From an uncultured delta proteobacterium (GTDB lineage Bacteria; Desulfobacterota; Binatia; DP-6): a stretch of DNA of 64,000 nt. The notes beneath the pieces were generated by a model. The model did no database searches. It saw only the letters and a list, made by a program, of their open reading frames with translations, and was not told the DNA's origin. The DNA lies in assembly GCA_963815115.1 (NCBI GenBank), contig CAWFFN010000012.1, positions 672,001 to 736,000 on the forward strand, given 5' to 3'. Position 1 is the stretch's first letter. Each line of letters opens with the position of its first letter. Both the position numbers and the translations under genes were made by a program. Below, piece by piece: positions 1 to 9,848 of the stretch.

Positions 1-2
1 CC

Positions 3-314
3 CTCGGCATCGGGCTGGTCGACGCGCTGGGCGGGTACGGCGAAGCGCTGCGCCTGGTGCGCGAGACGCTCGGCCTCGCGCCGGACGCCCCGCTGCGCCT
101 GCAGGCGTTCCCGCCCGCCCGCGGTCTGCTCGCCGGGCTCGTCGAGCGGTTCTTCGCGCCGCCCGACGACGACACCGACGACGAGGAGGCCGTCTCCGCG
201 ACGCTGCGTGCGGCGCTGGAGACCGTGCACTCGGTGACCCACGCGCTGCGTGCGGTCGGGCTGCTCGCGGAGGAGGGGCCGCTCGTGACGCCGGAGGTGT
301 CGGGACGCTGGTGA
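3..314 (+). CDS. sppA: Signal peptide peptidase SppA (S49), C-terminal part; truncated by window start
   Basis: Frame from nt 3 reads LGIGLVDALGGYGEALRLVRETLGL, matching the 'GLVDxLGG' motif near the C-terminus of SppA. Confidence 0.65.
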   Translation, partial: LGIGLVDALGGYGEALRLVRETLGLAPDAPLRLQAFPPARGLLAGLVERFFAPPDDDTDDEEAVSATLRAALETVHSVTHALRAVGLLAEEGPLVTPEVSGRW

Positions 315-538
315 GATGTCGGTACCGGCGGCGCCCCCCGTCTCGGCTCGTGCGCCATCCCGCCCGAGAGCCGTTCGACCCCCGGGCCGGGCTTTTCGGC
401 CTGCGAGAACCACCGGGGGGTCTGCTCCATGTGGGCGATCGGCCTGGGGACGTGCGGCCCATTTCCGTGATGCACTCCCTCCCTGGGGCGGACCCTCGCG
501 CTGGAAGCCCGGCGCGAAACGAGCGATACACGGGAAGA

Positions 539-1204
539 ATGCCGAAGCTCCTGCGGCTCCGCGTCCCCGATCGCCGCGCGCATGCCCGGCAGCACCACCG
601 GGCAGAGATCCTGAGCGCCGCCCGCCGCGTGCTCGCCGAGATCGGATACGACGCGGCGACCCTGCGCGACATCATCCGGCGCACCAGCCTGCGCGCGGAC
701 ACCGTCCACGAGCTGTTCCCCGACAAGGAGTCGATCCTCCGCGCGCTGGTCGAGAACACCGGGCGCCGGCTTCGAGCGCGCGTGCGCGCGGCGCGCGACC
801 ACGCCACCGGCCTCGAGGGATTCATCGGCGACGCGTACCTCGCCTTCTTCACCTTCCTCGCCGAGGATCGCGTCGCCTTCGAGATGCTGCGCCGCGAGCC
901 GGCCACCATCCGCGCACTGCTCCAGGAGCCGACGCTCATGGCGAGCATCGTCGAGCTCCACGAGGACCTCGAGGCGGCGGTCGCGCGCGGTCATCTTCCT
1001 CCCGTCGACCTCGAGTATCTCGGCGCGGCGATGGCCGGCGTGGCGGTCGAGGTCGCGTTCCGCATGGCCGAGCGTGAGCCGCTCGACGTCCAGGGCGCCG
1101 CCACCTTCGTCACCAAGCTCTTCCTCGGCGGACTCGAGCGCTTGCAAGCCGCCCCGCGCCCGCGTCGCGCCACCCGGTCCGGACGCGATCGCCGGTCGCG
1201 ATAG
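539..1204 (+). CDS. TetR/AcrR family transcriptional regulator
   Basis: N-terminal HTH 'RAEILSAARRVLAEIGYDAATLRDII...FPDKESIL'; ATG at 539. Confidence 0.85.
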   Translation: MPKLLRLRVPDRRAHARQHHRAEILSAARRVLAEIGYDAATLRDIIRRTSLRADTVHELFPDKESILRALVENTGRRLRARVRAARDHATGLEGFIGDAYLAFFTFLAEDRVAFEMLRREPATIRALLQEPTLMASIVELHEDLEAAVARGHLPPVDLEYLGAAMAGVAVEVAFRMAEREPLDVQGAATFVTKLFLGGLERLQAAPRPRRATRSGRDRRSR

Positions 1205-1212
1205 GAGCGCCC

Positions 1213-2364
1213 ATGCGACGCGACGTCTTCACCGAGGATCACGAGCTCTTCCGCCGCCAGGTGCGGCGCTTCGTCGAGAAGGAGATCGCCCCGCAGGTGC
1301 CAGGCTGGAACGCCCGCGGCATGAGCGACCGGGAGGCCTGGCGTCGCGCCGGCGCCGAAGGGCTGCTCGGCGTGTGCGCTCCGCCGGAGTATGGCGGGGC
1401 CGGCGCCGATTTTCTCTACACGGCCATCGTCAACGAGGAGATGGCGCGCGTGCGGGCGCACGGCATGATGATCTCGCTGCACTCCGACATCTGCCTGCCC
1501 TACCTCCTCACCTACGGCAGCGACGAGCAGAAGCGCCGCTGGGCGCCGGGCGCAGTGTCGGGCGACGTGCTCCTCGGCATCGCCATGACCGAGCCCGGCG
1601 CGGGGTCGGACCTCGCCGCCATCGCGACCACGGCGCGCCGGGACGGCGACACCTACGTGCTGAACGGCGCCAAGACGTTCATCTCGAACGGCCAGATCGG
1701 CGACCTGTTCATCGTCGTCACCAAGACCGATCCGACGGCCCAGCCGCCGCATGCCGGCGTGAGCCTGATCCTGGTCGAGGCCGCCACGCCCGGCTTCGTC
1801 CGTGGCAAGAAGCTCGACAAGCTCGGGCTGCGCGGCCAGGACACCAGCGAGCTGTTCTTCGAGGATTGCCGCGTCCCGGTGACGAACCTCCTCGGCCGCG
1901 AAGGGCAGGGCTTCAAGATGCTGATGCAGCAGCTCCAGCAGGAGCGGCTGGTCATCGCGGTCACCGCCGTGGCGTCGTGCCGGCGTGCCCTCGACGACAC
2001 CATCGCGTACGTGAAGGAGCGTCGCGCGTTCGGCAAGCCGATCGCGGCGTTCCAGAACACGCAGTTCCGGCTCGCCGAGCTCGCGACCGAGGTCGAGGTG
2101 GGGCAGGCGTTCGTCGACCGGTTGCTGGCGGCGCACGTGCGGGGCGACGAGATCGTCACCGAGGTGAGCATGGCGAAGTGGTGGACGACCGACCTCCAGA
2201 AGCGCCTCACCAGCGACTGCGTGCAGCTCCACGGCGGCTACGGCTTCATGCTCGAGACACCGATTGCGGAGGACTATGCCGACGCCGCCGTGCAGTCGAT
2301 CTATGCCGGGACGAACGAGATCATGAAGGTGATCATCGCACGCCGGATGGGCCTCGACGCCTGA
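1213..2364 (+). CDS. Acyl-CoA dehydrogenase (long-chain type)
   Basis: IAMTEPGAGSDL, LNGAKTFISNG, QLHGGYG, IYAGTNEIMK motifs; AGGAG RBS. Confidence 0.95.
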   Translation: MRRDVFTEDHELFRRQVRRFVEKEIAPQVPGWNARGMSDREAWRRAGAEGLLGVCAPPEYGGAGADFLYTAIVNEEMARVRAHGMMISLHSDICLPYLLTYGSDEQKRRWAPGAVSGDVLLGIAMTEPGAGSDLAAIATTARRDGDTYVLNGAKTFISNGQIGDLFIVVTKTDPTAQPPHAGVSLILVEAATPGFVRGKKLDKLGLRGQDTSELFFEDCRVPVTNLLGREGQGFKMLMQQLQQERLVIAVTAVASCRRALDDTIAYVKERRAFGKPIAAFQNTQFRLAELATEVEVGQAFVDRLLAAHVRGDEIVTEVSMAKWWTTDLQKRLTSDCVQLHGGYGFMLETPIAEDYADAAVQSIYAGTNEIMKVIIARRMGLDA

Positions 2365-2418
2365 CGACGGATCGTGCGGTGGCGCCCCGGGGCGGGCACG
2401 GGTATACAAGGGCCCGGG

Positions 2419-2787
2419 ATGCGGACGCTGGCGCTGTCGACGGCAGTACTCGTCGCCGCGCTCGGGGCAGGTGGCTGCGCGAGCGAGAAGCCGCGGCCAG
2501 TGGTCGGTGAGGACGAGATCAGCGCGGCGCATCTGAGAGCGCTCTCCCTGGAGAGCCCGTGGCTCCGCTATCTCGAGCCCGACGAGGACGAGGCACGCGC
2601 CATCGCCGAGGAGCAGCGCGCCGAGGCCGAGCGGGACCCGAACGCGGACGACGGGCTCTACCCGGAGGAGCGCACGCTGCGCGACGAGGACGACGGAACG
2701 CAGGACAAGTTCGGCCAGGCGAGCGTGGCGATCTTGCAGGTCGCGATCGTTCTCGGCGCCATGGTGGCGCCGTACTTCCTGTTCTGA
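2419..2787 (+). CDS. Hypothetical lipoprotein with C-terminal hydrophobic segment
   Basis: MRTLALSTAVLVAALGAGGC lipobox-like signal, acidic middle, hydrophobic C-terminus. Confidence 0.6.
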   Translation: MRTLALSTAVLVAALGAGGCASEKPRPVVGEDEISAAHLRALSLESPWLRYLEPDEDEARAIAEEQRAEAERDPNADDGLYPEERTLRDEDDGTQDKFGQASVAILQVAIVLGAMVAPYFLF

Positions 2788-2793
2788 GCTGCC

Positions 2794-3051
2794 ATGCTGT
2801 CCGGCCGCGTCCTCGTCATCGCCCTCGCCGTCCTCACCGTTCTCTGGATCGCGTTCGACTCGAGCTGGGTATCGCCCGACCCGACGCTGCCCGGCACGAC
2901 GCTGTCGCTTCTCATGCTCGCGGTCGTCTTCGCCGTCGGCGCCTGGGTCATGCAGGCCGGCGGTCGCACCGAGCGCGTGCCGCTGCTGCTGGGAACCGCG
3001 CTCGGCTGCGCGGCGTACGTCGCACTGCACGCGATCGGGTTCGCGCCCTAG
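2794..3051 (+). CDS. Small hypothetical membrane protein (about 3 TM)
   Basis: 85-aa ORF with three hydrophobic stretches, 6 nt after the previous stop. Confidence 0.6.
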   Translation: MLSGRVLVIALAVLTVLWIAFDSSWVSPDPTLPGTTLSLLMLAVVFAVGAWVMQAGGRTERVPLLLGTALGCAAYVALHAIGFAP

Positions 3052-3055
3052 AACG

Positions 3056-3158
3056 CGACCCGAGACTCCGTCTCGGGTCGAAAGCGGCCGCGAGCGTGTG
3101 GCGTTGGGTGGATCGGGCGAACGCCGTGCCGCGGCCGGCGAGGCCGGCGCGGCAAACG
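3056..3158 (+). repeat. 103-nt two-hairpin intergenic repeat, copy A
   Basis: CGACCCGAGAC-TCC-GTCTCGGGTCG ... TGCCGCG-G-CCGGC-GAG-GCCGG-CGCGGCA-AACG; 9 mismatches vs 9849-9951 by manual ungapped alignment. Confidence 0.9.
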
Positions 3159-3228
3159 TGGCACGCGCGACGTACTGGCCCAATGCGTCCTCGCGCCGCC
3201 TGCGAGGATGCCACCTCAGCGACGGGCT

Positions 3229-3331
3229 CGTTTGCCGCGGGGGCTTCGCCCCACGCGGCACGACGCGCCCGCACTGCCTGCCGAGTTGCACTCTCGCTGT
3301 CCGTCCCGACCCGAGACGAAGTCTCGGGTCG
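3229..3331 (-). repeat. 103-nt two-hairpin intergenic repeat, copy C (inverted, diverged spacer)
   Basis: Minus strand: CGACCCGAGAC-TTC-GTCTCGGGTCG ... TGCCGCG-T-GGGGC-GAA-GCCCC-CGCGGCA-AACG; same length as copies A and B. Confidence 0.85.
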
Positions 3332-3336
3332 GTGTC

Positions 3337-4098
3337 TCAGAGCAGGGCGGCCGGCGCCTGGGGCACGGTCTGCCAGAACTCTGGGTCGTGGCCGTAGAAG
3401 ATCTGCGCGCCGCGGTCGCGGAGCGCGCGCAGCGTGTGGAGCGAGCGCATCATCGCCTCGCGGTCGTGGAGCACGGCGGGCAGGTGCAGGTCGTCCAGGG
3501 TTTTCCGGAGGTAGCAGGCATCCGCCGCGAGGACGACCTCGCCGTGGTCGCCGCGGACGCGCAGGGACTGGTGCCCGGGCGTGTGACCCCAGGTCGGGAC
3601 GCAGACCACGGAGCCGTCACCGAACAGATCGTGCTCCCCGTCGACGACCAGCACGTCGTGACCCAGGTCGTAGTTGCGCGGGTCGTAGTAGTTGGCCGCG
3701 ATCTGGTCGGGCTCGTGGCCCGCCTCCCATTCCCGTCGCTGCACCACGAGCCGGGCCCCGGGGATCTGGTGGTTGCCGCCCGAGTGATCGAAGTGCAGGT
3801 GCGAGTTGACGAGGAAGCGGATGGCGCCGGCGTCCACGTCGAGCGCGGCGAGCCGCGCGCGCACCTCCTCGCCCGGACGACACTCGATGTCGAACATCGT
3901 GGCGAGGGTGCCGAGCCGGGCCGCGGGGTCGTGCTGGAGGTCCACGTGGAGCCCGCTGTCGAAGAGGACCTTCCCCTTCGGATGGTCGATCAGGTAGCTC
4001 GGCGTCGGGACGCGGACGCGGCCGTGCTCGCCCGCGAGCAAGATCCCGAGCGGGAGCGTCTGCCAGCCGCAGTTGAAGGCGTAGAGACGGAGCGACAT
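3337..4098 (-). CDS. N-acyl homoserine lactonase family MBL-fold hydrolase
   Basis: SHLHFDHSG (HxHxDH), GHTPGHQS, LAADACY, terminal GHDP motifs. Confidence 0.9.
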   Translation of the reverse strand: MSLRLYAFNCGWQTLPLGILLAGEHGRVRVPTPSYLIDHPKGKVLFDSGLHVDLQHDPAARLGTLATMFDIECRPGEEVRARLAALDVDAGAIRFLVNSHLHFDHSGGNHQIPGARLVVQRREWEAGHEPDQIAANYYDPRNYDLGHDVLVVDGEHDLFGDGSVVCVPTWGHTPGHQSLRVRGDHGEVVLAADACYLRKTLDDLHLPAVLHDREAMMRSLHTLRALRDRGAQIFYGHDPEFWQTVPQAPAALL

Positions 4099-4108
4099 GG
4101 CGCCTCTA

Positions 4109-5374
4109 CTACTCCAGCACCAGCTCGAGGAGCGAGGCCTCGCCCGGCACGCCGATGCGCAGCGGGAAGCCGTAGAACCCGGTGCCGCGGTGCACGTAGA
4201 GCCGGTTCGAGCCGTGGCCGAAGAGGCCGTGATCGGGCCAGCGCGAGCGCGTGAGCACGGTCCAGTCGAGACCGAAGCTCACCAGGCCGACCTGGCCGCC
4301 GTGCGTGTGCCCGGAGAGCGTCAGATCGGCGTCACCCCGTGGCACGTGCTGGAAGCCGAGCGGATCGTGCAGCAGCAGAAAGCGGAGATGTCCCGCGCGG
4401 CGCGGGAACCGGGCCAGGAGCTCGCGGATGCGCTCGCGCCGTCCCTTGCCGACCCAGTCCGCGCCGACGAGCTGTACCGGCCCGACCGCGGTGTCGACGA
4501 CGGCCTCGTCGTCGACCAGCAGGGTGATTCCCGTGGCCGCGAGGGCGGCGCGAATCTCGCCCTCGGCTTCGTGGTCGTGGTTGCCGAAGATCGCGAAGCA
4601 CCGCTCGGGGAGCCCGCGCAGCGGCTCGAGGGCGCTGGCGAGCGCGCCCGGGGTGCCGGCGCTCTCCATGGTGAGGAAGTCCCCGGTCAGGAGGACGAGA
4701 TCGGGTTCGCGCGCGACCAGGTCGGCGATCATCCGCCTCAGGCGTCCGACGGGCCGCCACGGGCCGAGGTGTGGATCGGCGATCTGCACGATCCGCAACG
4801 GCCGGCGCGCCAGCGGCACAGGGCGCCGCCGGCGGTAGCGCTCGACGGGCATGCGTGCGACCTCGTCCGGCCCGCTGCGCCCGAGCGGGACGCGGACGAT
4901 CTCCTCGACGGTGCGCAACGAGGTGATCACCGAGAGCGTGCCGACCACGACCGGCACCAGGTCGAGCCAGCGCAGCGACGCCAGCGTTCCTCCGAGGCCG
5001 GCGAGCCAGAGGGCGCCACGCACGGGAATGAGCGCGAGCAACCACAGCCCGGACAGCGCCCCGACGGCGATGAAGACCATGCCGGGAATGCTCACGAGGA
5101 CGCGGAAGAAGGCCGGCCGCAGCCGCGCTCGGACGAGGTGGGCGAGATGCGCGGCGGCGGCGAGCAGCCCCCAGGTGAAGGCGCCCGCGAGCCAGGGGCG
5201 GAGCTCGGGTGCCGCCCAGGCGGACAGCCGCGCGTGCATCACCACGGCGCCGGGCAGCGCGACGGCGAGGATCACGAAGGCGAAGATGCCGTACGACCGT
5301 CCACGCACGGCCCAGGCATAGGCCGGTAGCGCGAGGAGCAGGATCAGGGCGAGCCAGGTGACGGCAGCGACCAC
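4109..5374 (-). CDS. Membrane-anchored metallophosphoesterase (YkuE/YaeI-like)
   Basis: DPHLG, TGDF, GNHDH, SGHTHGGQ motifs after several TM helices; GTG start at 5374 is inferred. Confidence 0.85.
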   Translation of the reverse strand: MVAAVTWLALILLLALPAYAWAVRGRSYGIFAFVILAVALPGAVVMHARLSAWAAPELRPWLAGAFTWGLLAAAAHLAHLVRARLRPAFFRVLVSIPGMVFIAVGALSGLWLLALIPVRGALWLAGLGGTLASLRWLDLVPVVVGTLSVITSLRTVEEIVRVPLGRSGPDEVARMPVERYRRRRPVPLARRPLRIVQIADPHLGPWRPVGRLRRMIADLVAREPDLVLLTGDFLTMESAGTPGALASALEPLRGLPERCFAIFGNHDHEAEGEIRAALAATGITLLVDDEAVVDTAVGPVQLVGADWVGKGRRERIRELLARFPRRAGHLRFLLLHDPLGFQHVPRGDADLTLSGHTHGGQVGLVSFGLDWTVLTRSRWPDHGLFGHGSNRLYVHRGTGFYGFPLRIGVPGEASLLELVLE

Positions 5375-5387
5375 GAGGCCCGATATC

Positions 5388-5810
5388 CTAGCCGCCCGGG
5401 CAGGTGTGCGCGAACCAGGCTGCGATCGCACGGCGGTAGCCGTGCGGCAGCGGGATGCCGTCGAGCGCATGGGGAGGGAAGAGAGCGACCGCACGACCCT
5501 CGGGACTCTGCAGCCGCTCCGGGAACGCGGCGGCCTCGCAACCGTACGCCAGTACGACGACCTCGACGCCGTCGGCGATGCGGTAGACCCAGGCGTCGAG
5601 CAGCGGTCCGACGTCGACCCGCACGTCGAGCTCCTCGGCGATCTCGCGTGCCACGCACTGCTGCGGCGTCTCGCCGGGCTCGAGCTTGCCACCTGGCAGC
5701 TCCCACTCCCCGCGCGAGTTGCCGACGAGCACGACGCGGCCGTCGCGCAGCAGGACGCCCTTCACGGACACCGGGAAGCGCGGCGACGAGTTGTCGAGCG
5801 GCTGGATCAT
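5388..5810 (-). CDS. NUDIX hydrolase
   Basis: Nudix box WELPGGKLEPGETPQQCVAREIAEELD. Confidence 0.85.
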   Translation of the reverse strand: MIQPLDNSSPRFPVSVKGVLLRDGRVVLVGNSRGEWELPGGKLEPGETPQQCVAREIAEELDVRVDVGPLLDAWVYRIADGVEVVVLAYGCEAAAFPERLQSPEGRAVALFPPHALDGIPLPHGYRRAIAAWFAHTCPGG

Positions 5811-5839
5811 CGTCGGGCACCATGCCATGACGATCGGCG

Positions 5840-7858
5840 ATGCGCGACGCGCGCCTGGCCGCGGTGGCGTGCCTCCTCGCCTGGCTGGGGGTGGCGTGCA
5901 GCAACAACCCGTATCCCGACAGCGACGACAAGGAGCGGGTGCTCTATCTCAACTACCAGGAGGCCCCGAAGACGCTCGACCCGGCGGTCGCCTACTCGAC
6001 CGTCGACCACATGATCGTCGGTCCGGTCTTCGACACCTTGCTCCAGTATCACTTCCTCGAGCGGCCCTACCGGCTCATCCCCGGACTGCTCGCGGAGATG
6101 CCCGAGGTCACGCCGCGCGACGACGGTCGAGTGGTCTTTCGCCTGAAGTTGCGCGACGACCTGCTCTTCCAGGACGATCCCTGCTTCGCCCTGGGGACGC
6201 CGGGCGCCACCACGCGTCCCGTGATGGCCGCCGACGTGGCCTTCCAGCTCATGCGCCTGGCGGATCCCAAGGTGAACAGCCCCGTCGCCCCGACGATGGC
6301 GCGCATCGCGGGCTTCGAGGAGTTCGCCGGGCGCCTGACGAAGCTGCGCAAGGACGACCCGGCCTTCACGCGCGCGCCGCATCGACGAGCAGTACGCGAT
6401 AGCGGGCGGCATCGACGGCGTGCGCGTGCTCGGTCCGGCCGAGCTCGAGATCGTGCTCCGCGAGGCATACCCGCAGTTTCGCTTCTGGCTCGCGATGGAG
6501 TTCACCGCGCCCGTCCCGTGGGAGGCGGTCGCGTACTACGACGGGCGCGCCGGTCGCGAGGCGTTCGCCGAGCATCCCGTCGGCACCGGACCGTTCCGGC
6601 TCGCGCTCTACGACAAGCGGCTCCGCATCGAGCTGGCCCGCAACCCGAACTGGCACGGCGTGCTGCACCCCGAAGCGCACGCGCCCGGGCGCGGTCTATC
6701 CCGGCGAGGGCGAGCCCGACGATGCCGCACGCGGCTGGCTCGACCCGGCGTACGTCGGACGGCCGCTGCCGTTCCTCGATCGCGTCGACTTCGAGCTCGA
6801 CAAGGAGGACATCCCCGCCTTCACCAAGTTCCTCCAGGGCTACTACGACCTCTCCGGCATCATCGAGGAGAGCTTCGACCGTGTCGTGCACCAGGGACGG
6901 CTGTCGCCGGAGATGCAGAAGCTCGACATGCAGCTCGCCAAGGCCGTGCAGCCCTCCATCTACTACATGGGCTTCAACATGCAGGATCCCGTGGTCGGCG
7001 CGCCCGCCGGCGATCGCGGTCGCAAGCTGCGCCAGGCGATGAGCCTCGTCATCGACAGCCAGGCCTTCATGGACATCTTCTTGAATGGACGTGGCATCGC
7101 GGCGCAGTCCGTGATTCCGCCCGGCATCTTCGGCTACGAGGAAACCTACCTGAACCCCTTCCGCCGGGTCGATCTCGAGCGCGCCGGGACCTGCTGCGCG
7201 AGGCGGGCTATCCGGGCGGGATCGACCCGAAGACCGGCAAGCCGCTCCGCCTCACCTTCGACACCGCGGACACCAGCGCGCGCGGACGGCTGCGCTATCA
7301 GTTCTTCGTCGACGCCTGGAGCCGCATCGGCGTCGACGTCGAGATCGCCGCCACCACCTACAACCAGTTCCAGGACAAGGTGCGCCGTGGCGCCTACCAG
7401 CTCTTCATGTGGGGCTGGGTGGCCGACTATCCCGATCCCGAGAACTTCCTCTTTCTCCTCTGGAGCGAGAGCGCGCGCAGCGCGGGCGGACCGAACACCG
7501 CCAACTTCGCCGATCCGCGCTTCGACCGCCTCTTCCTCGCCATGCGCGACGCGCCCGACGGGCCCGAGCGGCTGCGCCTCATCCAGCGAGATGCGCGCGC
7601 ATCCTCGAGCACGAGCGGCCGTGGGTGGAGCTCTTCTACCCGGAGTCGTATGCCCTCATTCACGGCTGGGTGCACAACGCGAAGCCGCTCGGCATGTCGT
7701 TCTCCACCCTCAAGTACCGCGACGTCGACGTCGCGCAGCGGGCGCGCAAGCGCCTCGCGTGGAACGAGCCGGTGACCTGGCCGGCGTGGGTGCTGCTGGG
7801 AATCGCCGCGGTGGTCTTTGCGCCCGCGGTTCGTACCGCGTTCAAGAGGCTGCGATGA
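5840..7858 (+). CDS. Peptide ABC transporter substrate-binding lipoprotein (family 5), split by about 5 single-base indels
   Basis: Lipobox LGVAC, PKTLDPA, PVGTGPF, LRQAMSL, WVADYPDPENFL spread over three frames with shifts near 6378, 6690, 7185, 7587 and 7600. Confidence 0.85.
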
Positions 7859-8823
7859 TCCTCACCTACCTGCTGCGGCGTCTGACCTACGGCGTCGCGA
7901 CCGTGCTCGGCGTCCTGCTGCTGCTCTTCGTGCTCTTCTTCCTCGTCACCACGCCGGACGACATCGCGCGCCGGGCGCTGGGCGACAAGGCGCCGCCCGA
8001 GGCGCTCGTGCAGTGGAAGCTGAACCACGGCTACGCGAAGCCGCGCCTGTGGAACCCGGCCGCTCCCGGCGACACCATGCTGGCCGAGCACTTCCGCCGC
8101 ATGCTCACCTTCGACTTCGGACGCAGTGACGCCGACGACGTGCCGATCACGCGGCGGCTGCGCGAGGGGCTCGGGCCCAGCCTGGCGCTGACGCTCCCGC
8201 TCTTTCTCATCGAGCTGCCGCTGGCCCTCGCGCTCGCCCTGCTCGTGGCGCTGCTGCGCGAGACCTACGTCGATCGGCTGGGGGTGACGCTCTGCGTGCT
8301 CGGCATGAGCGTCTCCGTGCTGCTCTACATCGTCGGCGGGCAGTACGTCCTCGGCAAGCTGCTGCGGTGGTTTCCCATCTCGGGCTTCGATCCGCGGCCC
8401 GCCGTGATCCTGCGCTTCCTCGCGCTGCCGGTCGCCGTCGGCGTGCTGTCGGGGCTGGGCGAGGGCGTGCGCTTCTACCGTACCGTGTTCGTCGAGGAGG
8501 TCGGCCGCGACCACGTACGGACCGCGCGAGCAAAGGGCTGCGGCGAGGGACGCGTCATGATTCGACACGTGTTGCGCAACGCGCTCATTCCCATCCTGAC
8601 CCAGGTGGTGATCGCGATCCCGTTCCTCTTCGCGGGCTCGCTCCTGCTCGAGTCGTTCTTCGGCATCCCCGGCCTCGGTGCGCTCACCGTCGAGGCCATC
8701 AACAGCAACGACTTCGCGACCCTGCGCACCATGGTCTACATCGGCTCGCTGCTCTTCATCCTCGGCCAGATCCTCACCGACCTGAGCTACGCGCTGGTCG
8801 ACCCCCGGGTGCGCCTGGAGTAG
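7855..8823 (+). CDS. Peptide ABC transporter permease (OppB/DppB-like)
   Basis: MILTYLLRRL, FDFGRS, VRTARAKG...HVLRNAL (EAA-loop region), YALVDPRVR; ATGA overlap with upstream gene. Confidence 0.92.
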   Translation: MILTYLLRRLTYGVATVLGVLLLLFVLFFLVTTPDDIARRALGDKAPPEALVQWKLNHGYAKPRLWNPAAPGDTMLAEHFRRMLTFDFGRSDADDVPITRRLREGLGPSLALTLPLFLIELPLALALALLVALLRETYVDRLGVTLCVLGMSVSVLLYIVGGQYVLGKLLRWFPISGFDPRPAVILRFLALPVAVGVLSGLGEGVRFYRTVFVEEVGRDHVRTARAKGCGEGRVMIRHVLRNALIPILTQVVIAIPFLFAGSLLLESFFGIPGLGALTVEAINSNDFATLRTMVYIGSLLFILGQILTDLSYALVDPRVRLE

Positions 8824-8827
8824 CCCG

Positions 8828-9841
8828 GTGGAGCCGCACGTCGTCTCCAATCTCGTCACGGGCGCGCTGGTCGCGGCGGCTACCGGCGCCGCGGTGGCCG
8901 CGGCGCGCAGCCCGCTCTGGCGCGACGCCGCCCGCGACCTCTGGCGCCGGCGGCCCGTCGCGCTCGCCGCCGTCGCGCTCTACCTGCTGGTGGCGCTCCT
9001 CGACTCGGTCGCCTGGGTGGGGGGAGGCGAGGGAGTGGCGCTGGCGCGGCCGCGCTCGGTGATCGACCGCCTGTTCCCTGCCGACTTCCAGGAGCGCAGC
9101 TACTCCGCGCCGCTCGCGGCGACCGAGCTCTACGGCGGGGCGCCGCTGCGCTACCCCGGGCGCCATCTGCTCGGGACCGACATCCTCGGCCGCGACGTCC
9201 TCCTGCTGACGTTGAAGGGAGCGCGCGTCGCGCTCCTCGTCGGCGGCCTGACCACGCTGATCGTCATTCCGATCGCGCTTCTCTTCGGCGTCACCGCGGG
9301 CTACCACGGCGGCCGCATTGACGACGCCGTCTTCTTCATCATGTCGACGCTCGCCTCGATGCCCGGGCTGCTGCTCCTGATCGCGCTCATCATGGCGCTC
9401 GGCCGGGGCACCGTGCAGGTATGCGTCGCGCTCGGGGTCACCGGCTGGGTGGGCTTCTGCCGGGTCGCGCGCGGGGAGACCTTGAAGGTGCGCGAGCTCG
9501 ACTACGTGCAGGCGGCTCGGGCCCTGGGCGCCAGCAGCCCGGCCATCATCTGGCGGCACGTGCTGCCGAACCTCGCCCATCTCGTCGTCATCACCTTCGT
9601 CCTCACGTTCTCGGGCCTCGTCCTGTCCGAGGCGGTTCTCTCCTGGCTCGGCATCGGCCTGGAAGGGAGCTGGGGCCAGATGATCGACCAGGCCCGCGAC
9701 GAGCTGGCCCGCGACCCGATCATCGGCTGGAACCTGGGGGCCGCCTCGGTAGCGCTCTTCGGCCTCATCCTCGCCGTCAACCTGGTGGGCGACGGGGTGC
9801 GGGACGTCCTCGATCCGCGCACCCGGCGCGAGCGCCGCTAG
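8828..9841 (+). CDS. Peptide ABC transporter permease (OppC/DppC-like)
   Basis: HLLGTDILGRD, YVQAARALGAS, HVLPN, GDGVRDVLDPR. Confidence 0.92.
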   Translation: MEPHVVSNLVTGALVAAATGAAVAAARSPLWRDAARDLWRRRPVALAAVALYLLVALLDSVAWVGGGEGVALARPRSVIDRLFPADFQERSYSAPLAATELYGGAPLRYPGRHLLGTDILGRDVLLLTLKGARVALLVGGLTTLIVIPIALLFGVTAGYHGGRIDDAVFFIMSTLASMPGLLLLIALIMALGRGTVQVCVALGVTGWVGFCRVARGETLKVRELDYVQAARALGASSPAIIWRHVLPNLAHLVVITFVLTFSGLVLSEAVLSWLGIGLEGSWGQMIDQARDELARDPIIGWNLGAASVALFGLILAVNLVGDGVRDVLDPRTRRERR

Positions 9842-9848
9842 AGGAGCG

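Noticed and set aside
315-538. Possible riboswitch or ncRNA in the 224-nt gap before the TetR gene
   Set aside because: Only generic GC-rich stems; no recognisable conserved motif and no second copy in the window
3056-3331. CRISPR array or c-di-GMP-I riboswitch (GGCAAAC) reading of the repeat
   Set aside because: Copies are inverted or 6.5 kb apart with no repeat-spacer periodicity and no cas genes; GGCAAAC ends the element and is not followed by the riboswitch GAAA-stem/GCAAA pattern
6886-8823. 645-aa apparent binding-protein/permease fusion
   Set aside because: Created by frameshifts in the binding-protein gene; the permease has its own ATG at 7855 overlapping the upstream TGA
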